From positions 64,001-128,000 of the IMG/VR virus record IMGVR_UViG_3300020463_000001: a stretch of DNA of 64,000 nt; one strand, written 5' to 3'. Shown in pieces: positions 1 through 10,000 of this stretch. Source of the stretch: a virus (Duplodnaviria; Caudoviricetes). Position numbers and translations under genes: made by a program. Numbering within the stretch: position 1 is the first letter of the stretch; each line of letters starts with the position of its first letter. The notes below the pieces were generated by a model, which worked only from the letters and a program-made list of their open reading frames with translations, searched no databases and was not told the DNA's origin.

Positions 1-2
1 AC

Positions 3-1019
3 ACAGATTTCAAAATAACAGAATTAACTACCGTAAATAAAGTTTATGGGGGTTCAAATAAAGAAACTACAGATTCTATCAAGTTTTATGCTCCTAGAAC
101 TTTTGAAGGTCAAAATAGAGCAGTAACAGTAAGAGATTACAAAACAATTATACCTAAGATATACACGCAGTCATCCTCTGTAAATGTTTGGGGTGGAGAA
201 GACAATGACCCTCCCCAATTTGGAAGAGTTTATATTTCAATCAAACCAAATGACGGAAGTTATCTTACAGATTTCGAAAAAACCACGATACAAAATAGAC
301 TCAAAACAGACTATTCTATATTAACCATTCTTCCAGAAATTATTGATCCAAATTATACAAAACTTCTTGTATCCACTAATGTAAAATATGATAATGAGGC
401 TACTATTCTTGGAGAAGACGAATTAAAAACAATAGTTTTAAACACTATCAAAACTTTTAGTGATACTTTTATGAACGAATTTGACAATTACTTCAGATAT
501 TCTAATTTCATCAGTGCAATTGATAATTCTAATGACGCAATAACCAATAATACTACTACAGTTAACCTTCAGATTGAAAAGAAGATAACATTAAATGCCA
601 GATCTCAATATGTTTATAATTTTAATAATGAGATTGCTGTCGGATCGATATCTTCCACTGGATTCAAGTCTATGAACTCAAATAATCTTTTATATATTGA
701 AGATACTTCTGATACTGCTCTCAAGTTTTACTATACAGATTCTAATGGAAAGAAAGTATATGTTGATACGGTGTCGGGAACGATAGACCACAAAAAAGGA
801 AATATAATCCTAAACGATCTCACTATAATAGAATTAGAAAATAATTCAAGTCTTTTAAAAATAAAAATGACTCCAAAAGATCAAGATGTATTCCCTAGAA
901 GAAATCAAATATTAGTTATCGATACACAAGAAGTATCAATAAATATGATGGCAGATACTGATGATTATAATAATAATTACGACATCACTACTCAAAGCGT
1001 AAGTATCATCAGAAGATAA
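3..1019 (+). CDS. gp6: Baseplate wedge subunit gp6, 5'-truncated by the window edge
   Basis: Frame +3 is open from position 3, upstream of the ORF-track Met at 471. It reads ...ETTDSIKFYAPRTFEGQNRAVTVRDYKTIIPKIY...VNVWGGEDNDPPQFGRVYISIKP..., the hallmark gp6 motif, and lies directly before gp7/gp8. Confidence 0.93.
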   Translation, partial: TDFKITELTTVNKVYGGSNKETTDSIKFYAPRTFEGQNRAVTVRDYKTIIPKIYTQSSSVNVWGGEDNDPPQFGRVYISIKPNDGSYLTDFEKTTIQNRLKTDYSILTILPEIIDPNYTKLLVSTNVKYDNEATILGEDELKTIVLNTIKTFSDTFMNEFDNYFRYSNFISAIDNSNDAITNNTTTVNLQIEKKITLNARSQYVYNFNNEIAVGSISSTGFKSMNSNNLLYIEDTSDTALKFYYTDSNGKKVYVDTVSGTIDHKKGNIILNDLTIIELENNSSLLKIKMTPKDQDVFPRRNQILVIDTQEVSINMMADTDDYNNNYDITTQSVSIIRR

Positions 1020-1023
1020 TTAA

Positions 1024-4000
1024 ATGTCAAGTCCCAACTTAAAAAACATTTCTTCTATTGTTAAAGAATCTTTGCCCTTCCATATTAGGGAAGGGGAGTA
1101 CGATAATTTTGTAAAATTTATAGAACTATACTATGAGTGGTTGAGTCAAGATGGAAATCCTCTTGATGTTATGTCTGAAATTACAGAATATGGCGATCTC
1201 GACAAAACATTAGATATATTTGTAAATCAGTTCAAGTCTGAAATCGGTGCAGTATTTCCATCTGTTACAAGAATACGAGACAAAAATACAAATGCTAAAA
1301 TTCTAGGTGCCTTATTTAATTCTACCGTTCAGTCTAATTCAGAAAACGAAACATTCATTCAAGACACTTTTATGGGGAATGGAATAGTATCTGAATTTTT
1401 AATGTCTTATAGAGATCCTTCTTATTATTTCGGAAGAGATGTTTCTCCGTATGTTGCTGATCTAAAAGTCTATACAAATCCATCTAATCCATTTTCTGGC
1501 TCTCCTGCAACCGATTCTAGTCTGTTATCTTTTCCCAACGATTACACAGAGTTAACAGAAGGGACAGATTATTATTTAAATGACGATAGATTAGTTTTTG
1601 GAGAAGAAGATAATATTCTGGCTCCATTGAATGGAGTTTCTATTGTAGTAGTATTTCAGTTAAGGACGAATCCTACAACAACTCCAGATAAAAATATAGA
1701 AGAAGAAAAAAAGAAAAAATTTACAGATCAAAATCACTTTCTTAAACTACTTCGAGATTTTTATCAATCAAAAGGTTCTCAGAAATCTTTGCAATTTTTA
1801 TTCAGAGCATTTCTCAACGAAGATATTGATGTTTATTATCCGAAAGAAAATATTTTTAAAGTAAGTAATAATAGATGGGTTCAGAGTAAAAGTATAAGAA
1901 CGAATCCGAATACTACTTCTGCGGCTGGAACTCCTGTCAGAATTATAGGGGAAACGAGTTCTGCAATAGGGATAGTAGAATCTGAAATTAATTACACTCG
2001 TTCTAATTTCAACGTCAATGAATATTTTTTAGGAGATGTTTCGGGTGAATTTCAAGACCAAGAAAATGTTTTTGTCGAGATGGACGATGGAAGATTGGTC
2101 AGAGAACAGTTATACTCTTGCATTACTGGTTTTGAAGTAGTAAATCCTGGCAGCAATTATCCTAGAAATTTCGTTTTAGACTTTAATTTGGGAACGATTG
2201 GATCTGGCGTTGGATTTAGTGCAAAAATTAATAATACAACAACTGGAGAAGTTACCAATATAAATGTCAATACTGCCGGAGACAACTATATTACCGGAGA
2301 ATTTGTCGAGTTTGTAAATGATGGAACATTTGGATCTGGAGCCATAGGAAGGATATCGCGAGTTGGTGGAGTTGAAAGAGATTTCGATATTACATGGACT
2401 CAAAACACAAGAAATCCAAGTTATCCACAAGTGGTATGGGACATATCGGACTATCCAGATGCTGTATTTGATTCTCAAACTTCTAGAGAAGTAGAAGTTT
2501 ATCTGGTAAACAGAGATACTAGTTATGATGATGTTGTTTTATTATATGATTTCGATACGGTAAAATCGTCATCAATATTTTATGAGTTTAAAAATGATAC
2601 TAACAGTGATCGCCATAATGCGTATAGAGAAAATCCTTCTTTCGGATCCGCGATAGGTAACTTTAGTTTATCTCTAAGGGGAGATGGATATGTTAGAATA
2701 CCTACAGCTGCAAGTTATTTCCACGATATACCCTCATTTACAATAGATTTTTGGTATTATGGAACTGGAGGTTCAGATTCTGTCGTATTTGCATTTAACG
2801 GAATAGGCCAGAATGATAACGCAGATCTTTTTGTGATGCGTCACCTCGCATCCGGTCAGTTTGAGATGATTGCTTCTGATGGAGGTAATGTAAGAAGAGA
2901 TTATACTTCCCCCACTGATGTTCAGTTAACCCAATCGAATACTTGGAGACACGTTACAATATATTCTTCTGCCGCTGATGGGACTACGATATATCTTGAC
3001 GGAACAGAAGCAGCAGACTTTCCAGATTTAATTGTAGATATGAGAGAAGATGCAATTCTTACTATTGGCGCAGATAACGATGACGCAGATAGTGGTAGCG
3101 ATATGTCAACTGCATTTTTTGGTTCTTTTAGAATAACTAAAGGAAGAAGATTTACAGAATATCAAAATCAGACAACTGGAGCAATCCAAATATTTGGTTG
3201 GGATTTAGACCCCATTCAAGTTGCGAGAAGATTATCTGACTACCAGTTTTCAATTAGTTCTGTCAACAATACAATATCATTTATGGACTATAACACAGGA
3301 GGAGATTTAGTTCCTACGGCAATACCAGATTGGCAATCCTTACAACTTAAATTTAAGAACATTGGTAAAGGGCCGGTAGAAAAAATTGATTTGGTTACTG
3401 GTGGATCTGGATATGCAAGAAACCCATATGCATATATCTCCGATACTTCCAACGGTTATGTGTCCGGAGGTGCTGGGGCATCAGTATCGGTGACTGGTTC
3501 AAATATTGGAGGTATCGAAGGAATAACAATTCGTCAGGACTCATCAAATCCCTCTCAGGATGGTTTTGGCGTAGGGTACACAACTCCTCCCACAATAGAT
3601 TTAACTCCCATAGGAGACGGTATGGCGCAAGTAAATGTACTTACTGGGCCTCTATGTGTCAGAGAAGGGGCGTTTGTAGATGATCAAAGTTTTGCATCGT
3701 CCGATAACAGAATTCACGATGGATATTTGTGGCAAGATTACTCATATGTTGTAAGAGTTAACAGAGTTATTGATGAGTGGAGAGATCTTATCAAGAGAGT
3801 CATTCATCCTGCGGGCATGATGGTCTTCGGAGAAGTTACTCTTACTTCTAAGATTGAAGGAAAGAGGCTCAAGCAAGCAATTCTCTATTTATTCTACGAA
3901 ATCATCAAGAATGTCGATGTCACGATGAAGAACATGGACGGACTTGGAAAATGGACTGGCGGAACTGAACTTGACGGATCTGGAAATGTTGTCAATAAAC

Positions 4001-5238
4001 AAACTCCAGTCAACTCACAGGATTTGATGTCTTCCGGTCTTATCTTAGAGTACAATAATCGCCAATACAGTCTACATTCTCTTAGTGGAGTTTCAGACGA
4101 TACTCCAGTGGGCGCAACAGTCGATAAAGGAGAAGGTAGATACACTTTGATGGTCAATGCGGATGCCTCTGGTGGAGGGGCAAATAATTTTTCAGAAATT
4201 AATTACGTTGCATTAAATCATCATGATCAATTCTCCAAGAGTCAGAAACATTACTATGAAAGTGGTATTATCGGAAATTTCTTTACTTTCTACAATGTGT
4301 CAGAAGAAATAATAACTGGAGATGAACATAGAGTTACTCGTTCATTCGCTAAATTTGAAGTAACTAGTGCAGCCTCTACTGATCATTATATTTTACTTGG
4401 AGTTAATTTATTATCATCATATGGAGATCTTGATAATGATTTGAATACTCCGGGCAATACAGTAGAATTTAGATGGGATAAAGTTTCAAGGGGCAATGTT
4501 AGTCGGATAAATACTAATTGGGTAGGTTCTGTAAGAGATGGAGCAGATCCCAGAGATGAAAAGTTTATTGTAAATATCATTACTAGACAACAAGAGATAC
4601 CGAGTCTAGGAACATCTTACAGAAGTTTAGAAAGATTTAAGTTCTTTTTTGATACTACATTCTCATTTGATGACTTGATAAGATATCGTTTTAGTCCACA
4701 ACAAGAGGCATTAGATTCTCCATATCTTGCATATTACGGATATACTGGTGCGTTTAGAAATACTTCAATGGCAGGAAATCAGGTCACGTTAGTTCAGAAA
4801 GAAGATAAAACAAATGTATGGGGAGTTGTCCCAGTATTTTCGCAAAATAATTTTGTAGGTATTACTGATGGAACAGATCATGATTGGCCCAATACAACAA
4901 TACAAAAAGTAGAAGAATTATTTGAAAGAAATTATCACGCAGTTTTGGATTCTAGAATTACTTTAACTCCAAAATACTTGGTAATAACTGACGAAAATCC
5001 AGAAACCGATGGTCTGAGAGTTGCCGGAATGACAAATCTTTCTATTGAAAGATCTAAGTTCAGAGAAACTCCACAAGTATTAGACAACAACTTCGAAACT
5101 GTGAAAATAACAGACATAGATTCAAAATATCTGGAAAAAACAAATTTTGCACATGAAACAATTTTGAGTGTTTATGATACGAATAATATTCCATCTACAC
5201 TACAAGAACTAGAATCCTTAGTGCAATTGATAGATTAA
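1024..5238 (+). CDS. gp7: Baseplate wedge initiator gp7 (marine T4-like long form) with an internal LamG/ConA-like domain
   Basis: N-terminus LPFHIREGEYDNFVKFIELYYEWL; LLRDFYQSKGSQKSLQFLFRAF; IHDGYLWQDYSYVVRVNRVIDEWRDLIKRVIHPAGMMVFGEV; synteny between gp6 and gp8. Confidence 0.88.
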   Translation: MSSPNLKNISSIVKESLPFHIREGEYDNFVKFIELYYEWLSQDGNPLDVMSEITEYGDLDKTLDIFVNQFKSEIGAVFPSVTRIRDKNTNAKILGALFNSTVQSNSENETFIQDTFMGNGIVSEFLMSYRDPSYYFGRDVSPYVADLKVYTNPSNPFSGSPATDSSLLSFPNDYTELTEGTDYYLNDDRLVFGEEDNILAPLNGVSIVVVFQLRTNPTTTPDKNIEEEKKKKFTDQNHFLKLLRDFYQSKGSQKSLQFLFRAFLNEDIDVYYPKENIFKVSNNRWVQSKSIRTNPNTTSAAGTPVRIIGETSSAIGIVESEINYTRSNFNVNEYFLGDVSGEFQDQENVFVEMDDGRLVREQLYSCITGFEVVNPGSNYPRNFVLDFNLGTIGSGVGFSAKINNTTTGEVTNINVNTAGDNYITGEFVEFVNDGTFGSGAIGRISRVGGVERDFDITWTQNTRNPSYPQVVWDISDYPDAVFDSQTSREVEVYLVNRDTSYDDVVLLYDFDTVKSSSIFYEFKNDTNSDRHNAYRENPSFGSAIGNFSLSLRGDGYVRIPTAASYFHDIPSFTIDFWYYGTGGSDSVVFAFNGIGQNDNADLFVMRHLASGQFEMIASDGGNVRRDYTSPTDVQLTQSNTWRHVTIYSSAADGTTIYLDGTEAADFPDLIVDMREDAILTIGADNDDADSGSDMSTAFFGSFRITKGRRFTEYQNQTTGAIQIFGWDLDPIQVARRLSDYQFSISSVNNTISFMDYNTGGDLVPTAIPDWQSLQLKFKNIGKGPVEKIDLVTGGSGYARNPYAYISDTSNGYVSGGAGASVSVTGSNIGGIEGITIRQDSSNPSQDGFGVGYTTPPTIDLTPIGDGMAQVNVLTGPLCVREGAFVDDQSFASSDNRIHDGYLWQDYSYVVRVNRVIDEWRDLIKRVIHPAGMMVFGEVTLTSKIEGKRLKQAILYLFYEIIKNVDVTMKNMDGLGKWTGGTELDGSGNVVNKQTPVNSQDLMSSGLILEYNNRQYSLHSLSGVSDDTPVGATVDKGEGRYTLMVNADASGGGANNFSEINYVALNHHDQFSKSQKHYYESGIIGNFFTFYNVSEEIITGDEHRVTRSFAKFEVTSAASTDHYILLGVNLLSSYGDLDNDLNTPGNTVEFRWDKVSRGNVSRINTNWVGSVRDGADPRDEKFIVNIITRQQEIPSLGTSYRSLERFKFFFDTTFSFDDLIRYRFSPQQEALDSPYLAYYGYTGAFRNTSMAGNQVTLVQKEDKTNVWGVVPVFSQNNFVGITDGTDHDWPNTTIQKVEELFERNYHAVLDSRITLTPKYLVITDENPETDGLRVAGMTNLSIERSKFRETPQVLDNNFETVKITDIDSKYLEKTNFAHETILSVYDTNNIPSTLQELESLVQLID

Positions 5239-5247
5239 AAAAAGTTT

Positions 5248-5255
5248 TATAAATA
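5248..5255 (+). promoter_or_regulatory. T4-type late promoter (TATAAATA)
   Basis: Exact TATAAATA in the gp7-gp8 intergenic gap, followed by a GAGG RBS. Confidence 0.8.
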
Positions 5256-5288
5256 TAGGATTAGACAATTTTTAGAGGATAATGATCA

Positions 5289-6977
5289 ATGGCGGCAATA
5301 ATCACAAATAGACTCAGAATATTTAATGCACAGCAGTTCATTGAATCACTTTCAGAACAAACTCCATTGTGGGAGGGCGGGGTATCCTACTCCGAGGGCG
5401 ATGTGGTTTTATATCAATCAAACCTTTATATCGCAGTAGAGGCCGGTACTTCCGATATTAGTTTACCCCCAACACATACTACTGGAGTTTCTTCTGGTGG
5501 TTCGGTGTTGCGATGGGCATTCTATAATGTGTCACTTTACAACAACCTTTACTTGGGCATCGGCAAAAACACATCTTGGACAGATGACTCAAACCCCCCA
5601 ACCCCATCAGATTCAGTAAAAGAACACTATACAGTAAAAAACGACTTGATTGCAATGAAAAAAGTCGGAGAAGATACTATTACTCTAGCACTTCCTAGAA
5701 TTGACTGGGAAACTGGTAGTGTCTATACAATGTATGATGATCTAGATCCAGAAGAAATTATTCCAAATGGTTATGTCCTTACAGAAGGAAATAACCAATA
5801 TAATGTTTATAAGTGTATCAATAATTCTAAGTGGACGGATACTTCTGTCGGTGTAGCGCCAGTCGCATCAACAGTAAAACCAACAGGAACTTCTACAACA
5901 GATCTTATAGAAACTGGTGACGGGTATGTGTGGAAGTATATGTATTCTGTGCAGTTGGATAGAGCACTGAAATTTCTAACAAAAGATTATTTTCCAGTTA
6001 AGTATTTGACTGCACAGCCAACAAATACTACTTCAGCAGATTATGTACAGTACCAAGTACAACAAAGTGCAAAATCATCTTCTGGTGCAATTGACTTTGT
6101 TAAAATTGTAGACGATGGAGATGGTTCTGGCCACGCCGGAGGTAGAGGATATCTTCAAAATATGAATCATTCTGGAGTGACTATTGGTGCAACTACAACC
6201 TCATTTTCTTTCACTCCGTCTTCCAGCGATATGATTCAAAGAGCAACCGATGCCGGTACAGGAGGATATGACGATTATTCTCTAGTATTTATATCAGGAA
6301 ATACATCATATCAACAGACAATTTCTTCGTTCTCTTTTAGTGCTGGCCAAGTTGACATAACTTTAGACGGAGTATTTCCTGGCCTGACAGGATCACAAAC
6401 TGGTGATATTATTATTGCACCGGAAGTTCAACTTGCAGGAGATGGAACTGGAGCAACGGCATACGGATTGACCCAAGGAACTGAAATCGCAAAGGTAGTT
6501 GTCAGCAACGGCGGAAGTGGTTATACCTATGCAACTGCAACAGTTTTGCCGGCACTTTCCAGTGGAACAGAGTGTCAGGTTAGAGCAATAATGTCGCCAG
6601 GCGATGGACACGGATGCAACCCAGTAGAAGAACTTGGCGGTTACTATGCAATGGTTGCTCTTAAATTAGAATATGACGAACAAGATACTAGAAATGGAAA
6701 TACCGAATCTGTATTCCCTGTCGTATCTAGTTCTTTAAGTGGATTTGACCCAGTATTCAGACAGATTATAATACTATCCGATCCAGTAGACACTTCTACA
6801 AGTAAGATTGCATACAATACAACCTACAGAGGCCCTTCACATCCAGAATACGGAGATGGAAACTCTGAGTTTGACGTAAACGCCGGAACTGGTAAAGTTC
6901 TTTACATAGAAAACAGACAACCTGTTTCAAGAGCAGTAGACCAAATCGAAGATATTAAAGTAGTATTCGAATTTTAA
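5289..6977 (+). CDS. gp8: Baseplate wedge subunit gp8
   Basis: MAAIITNRLRIFNAQQF start; LPRIDWETGSVYTMY; YNVYKCINN; ETGDGYVWKYMY; PGDGHGCNPVEELGG; C-terminal GKVLYIENRQPVSRAVDQIEDIKVVFEF. Confidence 0.93.
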   Translation: MAAIITNRLRIFNAQQFIESLSEQTPLWEGGVSYSEGDVVLYQSNLYIAVEAGTSDISLPPTHTTGVSSGGSVLRWAFYNVSLYNNLYLGIGKNTSWTDDSNPPTPSDSVKEHYTVKNDLIAMKKVGEDTITLALPRIDWETGSVYTMYDDLDPEEIIPNGYVLTEGNNQYNVYKCINNSKWTDTSVGVAPVASTVKPTGTSTTDLIETGDGYVWKYMYSVQLDRALKFLTKDYFPVKYLTAQPTNTTSADYVQYQVQQSAKSSSGAIDFVKIVDDGDGSGHAGGRGYLQNMNHSGVTIGATTTSFSFTPSSSDMIQRATDAGTGGYDDYSLVFISGNTSYQQTISSFSFSAGQVDITLDGVFPGLTGSQTGDIIIAPEVQLAGDGTGATAYGLTQGTEIAKVVVSNGGSGYTYATATVLPALSSGTECQVRAIMSPGDGHGCNPVEELGGYYAMVALKLEYDEQDTRNGNTESVFPVVSSSLSGFDPVFRQIIILSDPVDTSTSKIAYNTTYRGPSHPEYGDGNSEFDVNAGTGKVLYIENRQPVSRAVDQIEDIKVVFEF

Positions 6978-7000
6978 AAATTAATTGATAGAGAAAGAGT

Positions 7001-10000
7001 ATGGCATCCAATTTTAATGTAACTCCATATTATGATGACTATGACGTAAATAGTGGATATCTCAAAATACTGTTCAAGCCGGGTAACTCTGTTCAAGCAA
7101 GAGAACTGACACAAATTCAGTCTATCTTACAACAACAGATTGCGAATGTATCAGACCACTTCTTCAAAGAAGGTGCGATGATCATTCCTGGCCAATCAGC
7201 GATTGATACAGATATAACTTTTTTAAAAATAGGTTATCAAGACAATTCTGTTACATACAACTCTGCTGCAGATTTTGTAGGCAGAGTAGTTGTCGGTTCT
7301 ACTACAGGAATTCGAGCTCTTGTTGTCCATGCAGAAAACGCAACAGGTTCCACGGATACCGATGATCCCGATACCCTCTATGTTAAATTTATTAGTGGTG
7401 CCGATGTCTCTGATTATTCTTCGGTAGATTTTGTTGAGGGAGATAGTATATCCTTCTTGCCGGAAGAAGTTCTCACCACAGAATCAATTTCTTCAATGAG
7501 CGATTATGCGTGTGAAGTAAAACCATCATCCGATACTTCAATTGGAAAAGGTTCCGTTGCATTTATTGAGTCTGGAGTTTATTACCTTCAAAAGCATTTG
7601 GTAATGGTGAATGACCAAAAAATAGTTCTTGATAAGTACTCGAATAAACCATCATACAAAATCGGTCTGCAAGTCAACGAAGCTTTTGTCACAAGTAATA
7701 TGGACAATACTCTCCTTGACAATGCACAGGGAACAACAAACTTTAATGCGCCCGGCGCTGATAGATATAGAATATCCCTAGTATTCTCTAAGCGGTCAAT
7801 TGACGAAGTAGACACAAGCAACTTCATTGAACTTATCAGTGTTCGTAACGGAGTTGTGGAATCTCATGTGAGAACTACCGAATACTCTGTCTTAGAAGAA
7901 ACTCTGGCAAGAAGAACTTATGACGAATCTGGAGATTATACAGTAAGACCATACCAGATAGATGTTAGAGAACTGTTAAATGAGAATGGCAACAGGGGTG
8001 TATCTACGTTATCGGACTTCGAATTTACAAACGAAGTGGATGCTAAAGAAATGGCCCGAACACGGTTTTTTGACGAACCAGATATGATTGACCTTGCAAC
8101 TGGAAATGGACAGGCTCACACTGCAACACCAAACGACAGAACAAAATATCCAGAACAAAATTTAGATTCTACTGGAACCATATTCTATCCGGGCAAAACT
8201 CACGATAGTTTAGTTTCCGCACTTAGAGGAAGATTGGCGATTGGAATTGAGCCAGGCAAATCATACGTTAGAGGATATGAATTAGAAACTTTGGTAACTC
8301 AATTTGTAGATTATAAGAAATCTAGGGATCACATACAAAAGAATAATGAATATCTTACAACAAAATTAGGAAATTTTGTTTACCTTACAGATGTCATGGG
8401 TCTGCCCATACCAAATCAAACAGTAGATTTATTGAATATTAATGTTGCCGGTAATACTCATGTTAAAATTGACGATGACCCGACATTTAATGCTTCCGAT
8501 GGATCTACCAGTGAGGGAAAATCTACTTACGATAAAAATCAAATAAGTGCCGACTTTTCTACATGGTCATCAAATAATCCTATCGGTTCTGATGTTATTG
8601 GTACTGCAAAGATACGATATGTCGAACATTACGCACATGACCAAGACTCAGATTATTTATCCGCAAACTTTGCGCCTGGCGTGTCGAATGATGACAGTGC
8701 AATCTACAAAGTATATTTGTACGACATTAAGATGGAAATTAATCCAAGAACAAACAGAGAATATTTGTTAAACGACTTGAGGTCGATAGAGTCGCAGTCT
8801 GTCGCTGGGGCGTTTAATTTATTTAACGGAAATATTTTGGTAGAATATACTCTAGTAGATCAATTATCTACTTTTGATAATAAGAATATCGTATATTCTG
8901 AGTATCAAGATTCTCTGGTTAGAGGAGTTGTATATCACAGCTCTTCTAATAAAATATTAGTAAAAACTTTAGGAGCAGGAAATCCAACTTCGGTGGCTGT
9001 CGGTGAGTTAAATCCAAGACTTTTTGAGAGCAATGAAGTAATACGAGAAGTTGAATATGATACTACCCCAGAAAATGCTTTCTCTGGTTCTGTTAATCAT
9101 GATATTGGTTTAACCCCAAACAACGCAAGAGTTATATCTCGCAATGTTATTTTTAATACTTCCGGTTCAAGTATTATAGACACCGGATCTGATTTTGTTA
9201 AAACTATTAGGTTTGTCGATGACGATAGCGGAAATTCCAGCGTAGATACTTCATATACGGTTCAAATGAAATTTGAAAATGTTTCGCAAGCGTATGGAGG
9301 TTCTGGTAGTCAAGTAGAATTAACTCTAGGAACAAACTCCAATCAAATATTTGGTTCCTTTAACGAAAAATATTATTTTGCATACACACCAACTACCGGA
9401 AGCGGAGAACCTGTAGTACATAAACTGACATCTGATAACGTGGTATTATCCACTGATGGAAATAATAGAGTTACTACTGCGTTAGTATCGATAGAAGATT
9501 TGTCTGCTGGCAATAATGTAGTAGTTTATGCTCCAGTAATTAAGACCAACGCTGCAGAAAAAACAAAAACTCTGGTAGAAAATCAAGTCATATTCCCATA
9601 TTCAGCAAGAAAGACAGATGGAACTTTTGTTGCGTCTGAAACATATGCGGCAAATCCATCTTCCACATGGTATTCTTTAGATCTGTATGGTACAAATAAT
9701 ACTGGATCAGTTTTCAACTCTAATACTACTGACAGTTTAGGAAATTCTCTCGCATTGACTTCTATTCAATTAGAACATTCTGATATATTTGAATTAACTG
9801 CAGTATATGATACCTGTACTGTTTCAAATGTAATCTATCAAATAGATTCTGTCGGCACTAAAAAATTCTACAATGAAATGACTGCAGCCGAGTTAAAGTT
9901 TGCTCTTGACGCATACTTAGAATACGAAGAAACAGGAGTTAATCCAACCGGATTTGCAGATGTTCCAGTAAAAATTGTAGACATAACTGACAGATATACT

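Noticed and set aside
471-1019. ORF-track start at Met 471 as a separate 182-aa gene
   Set aside because: The same frame is open from position 3 and contains gp6 motifs; it is the tail of a gene starting before the window.
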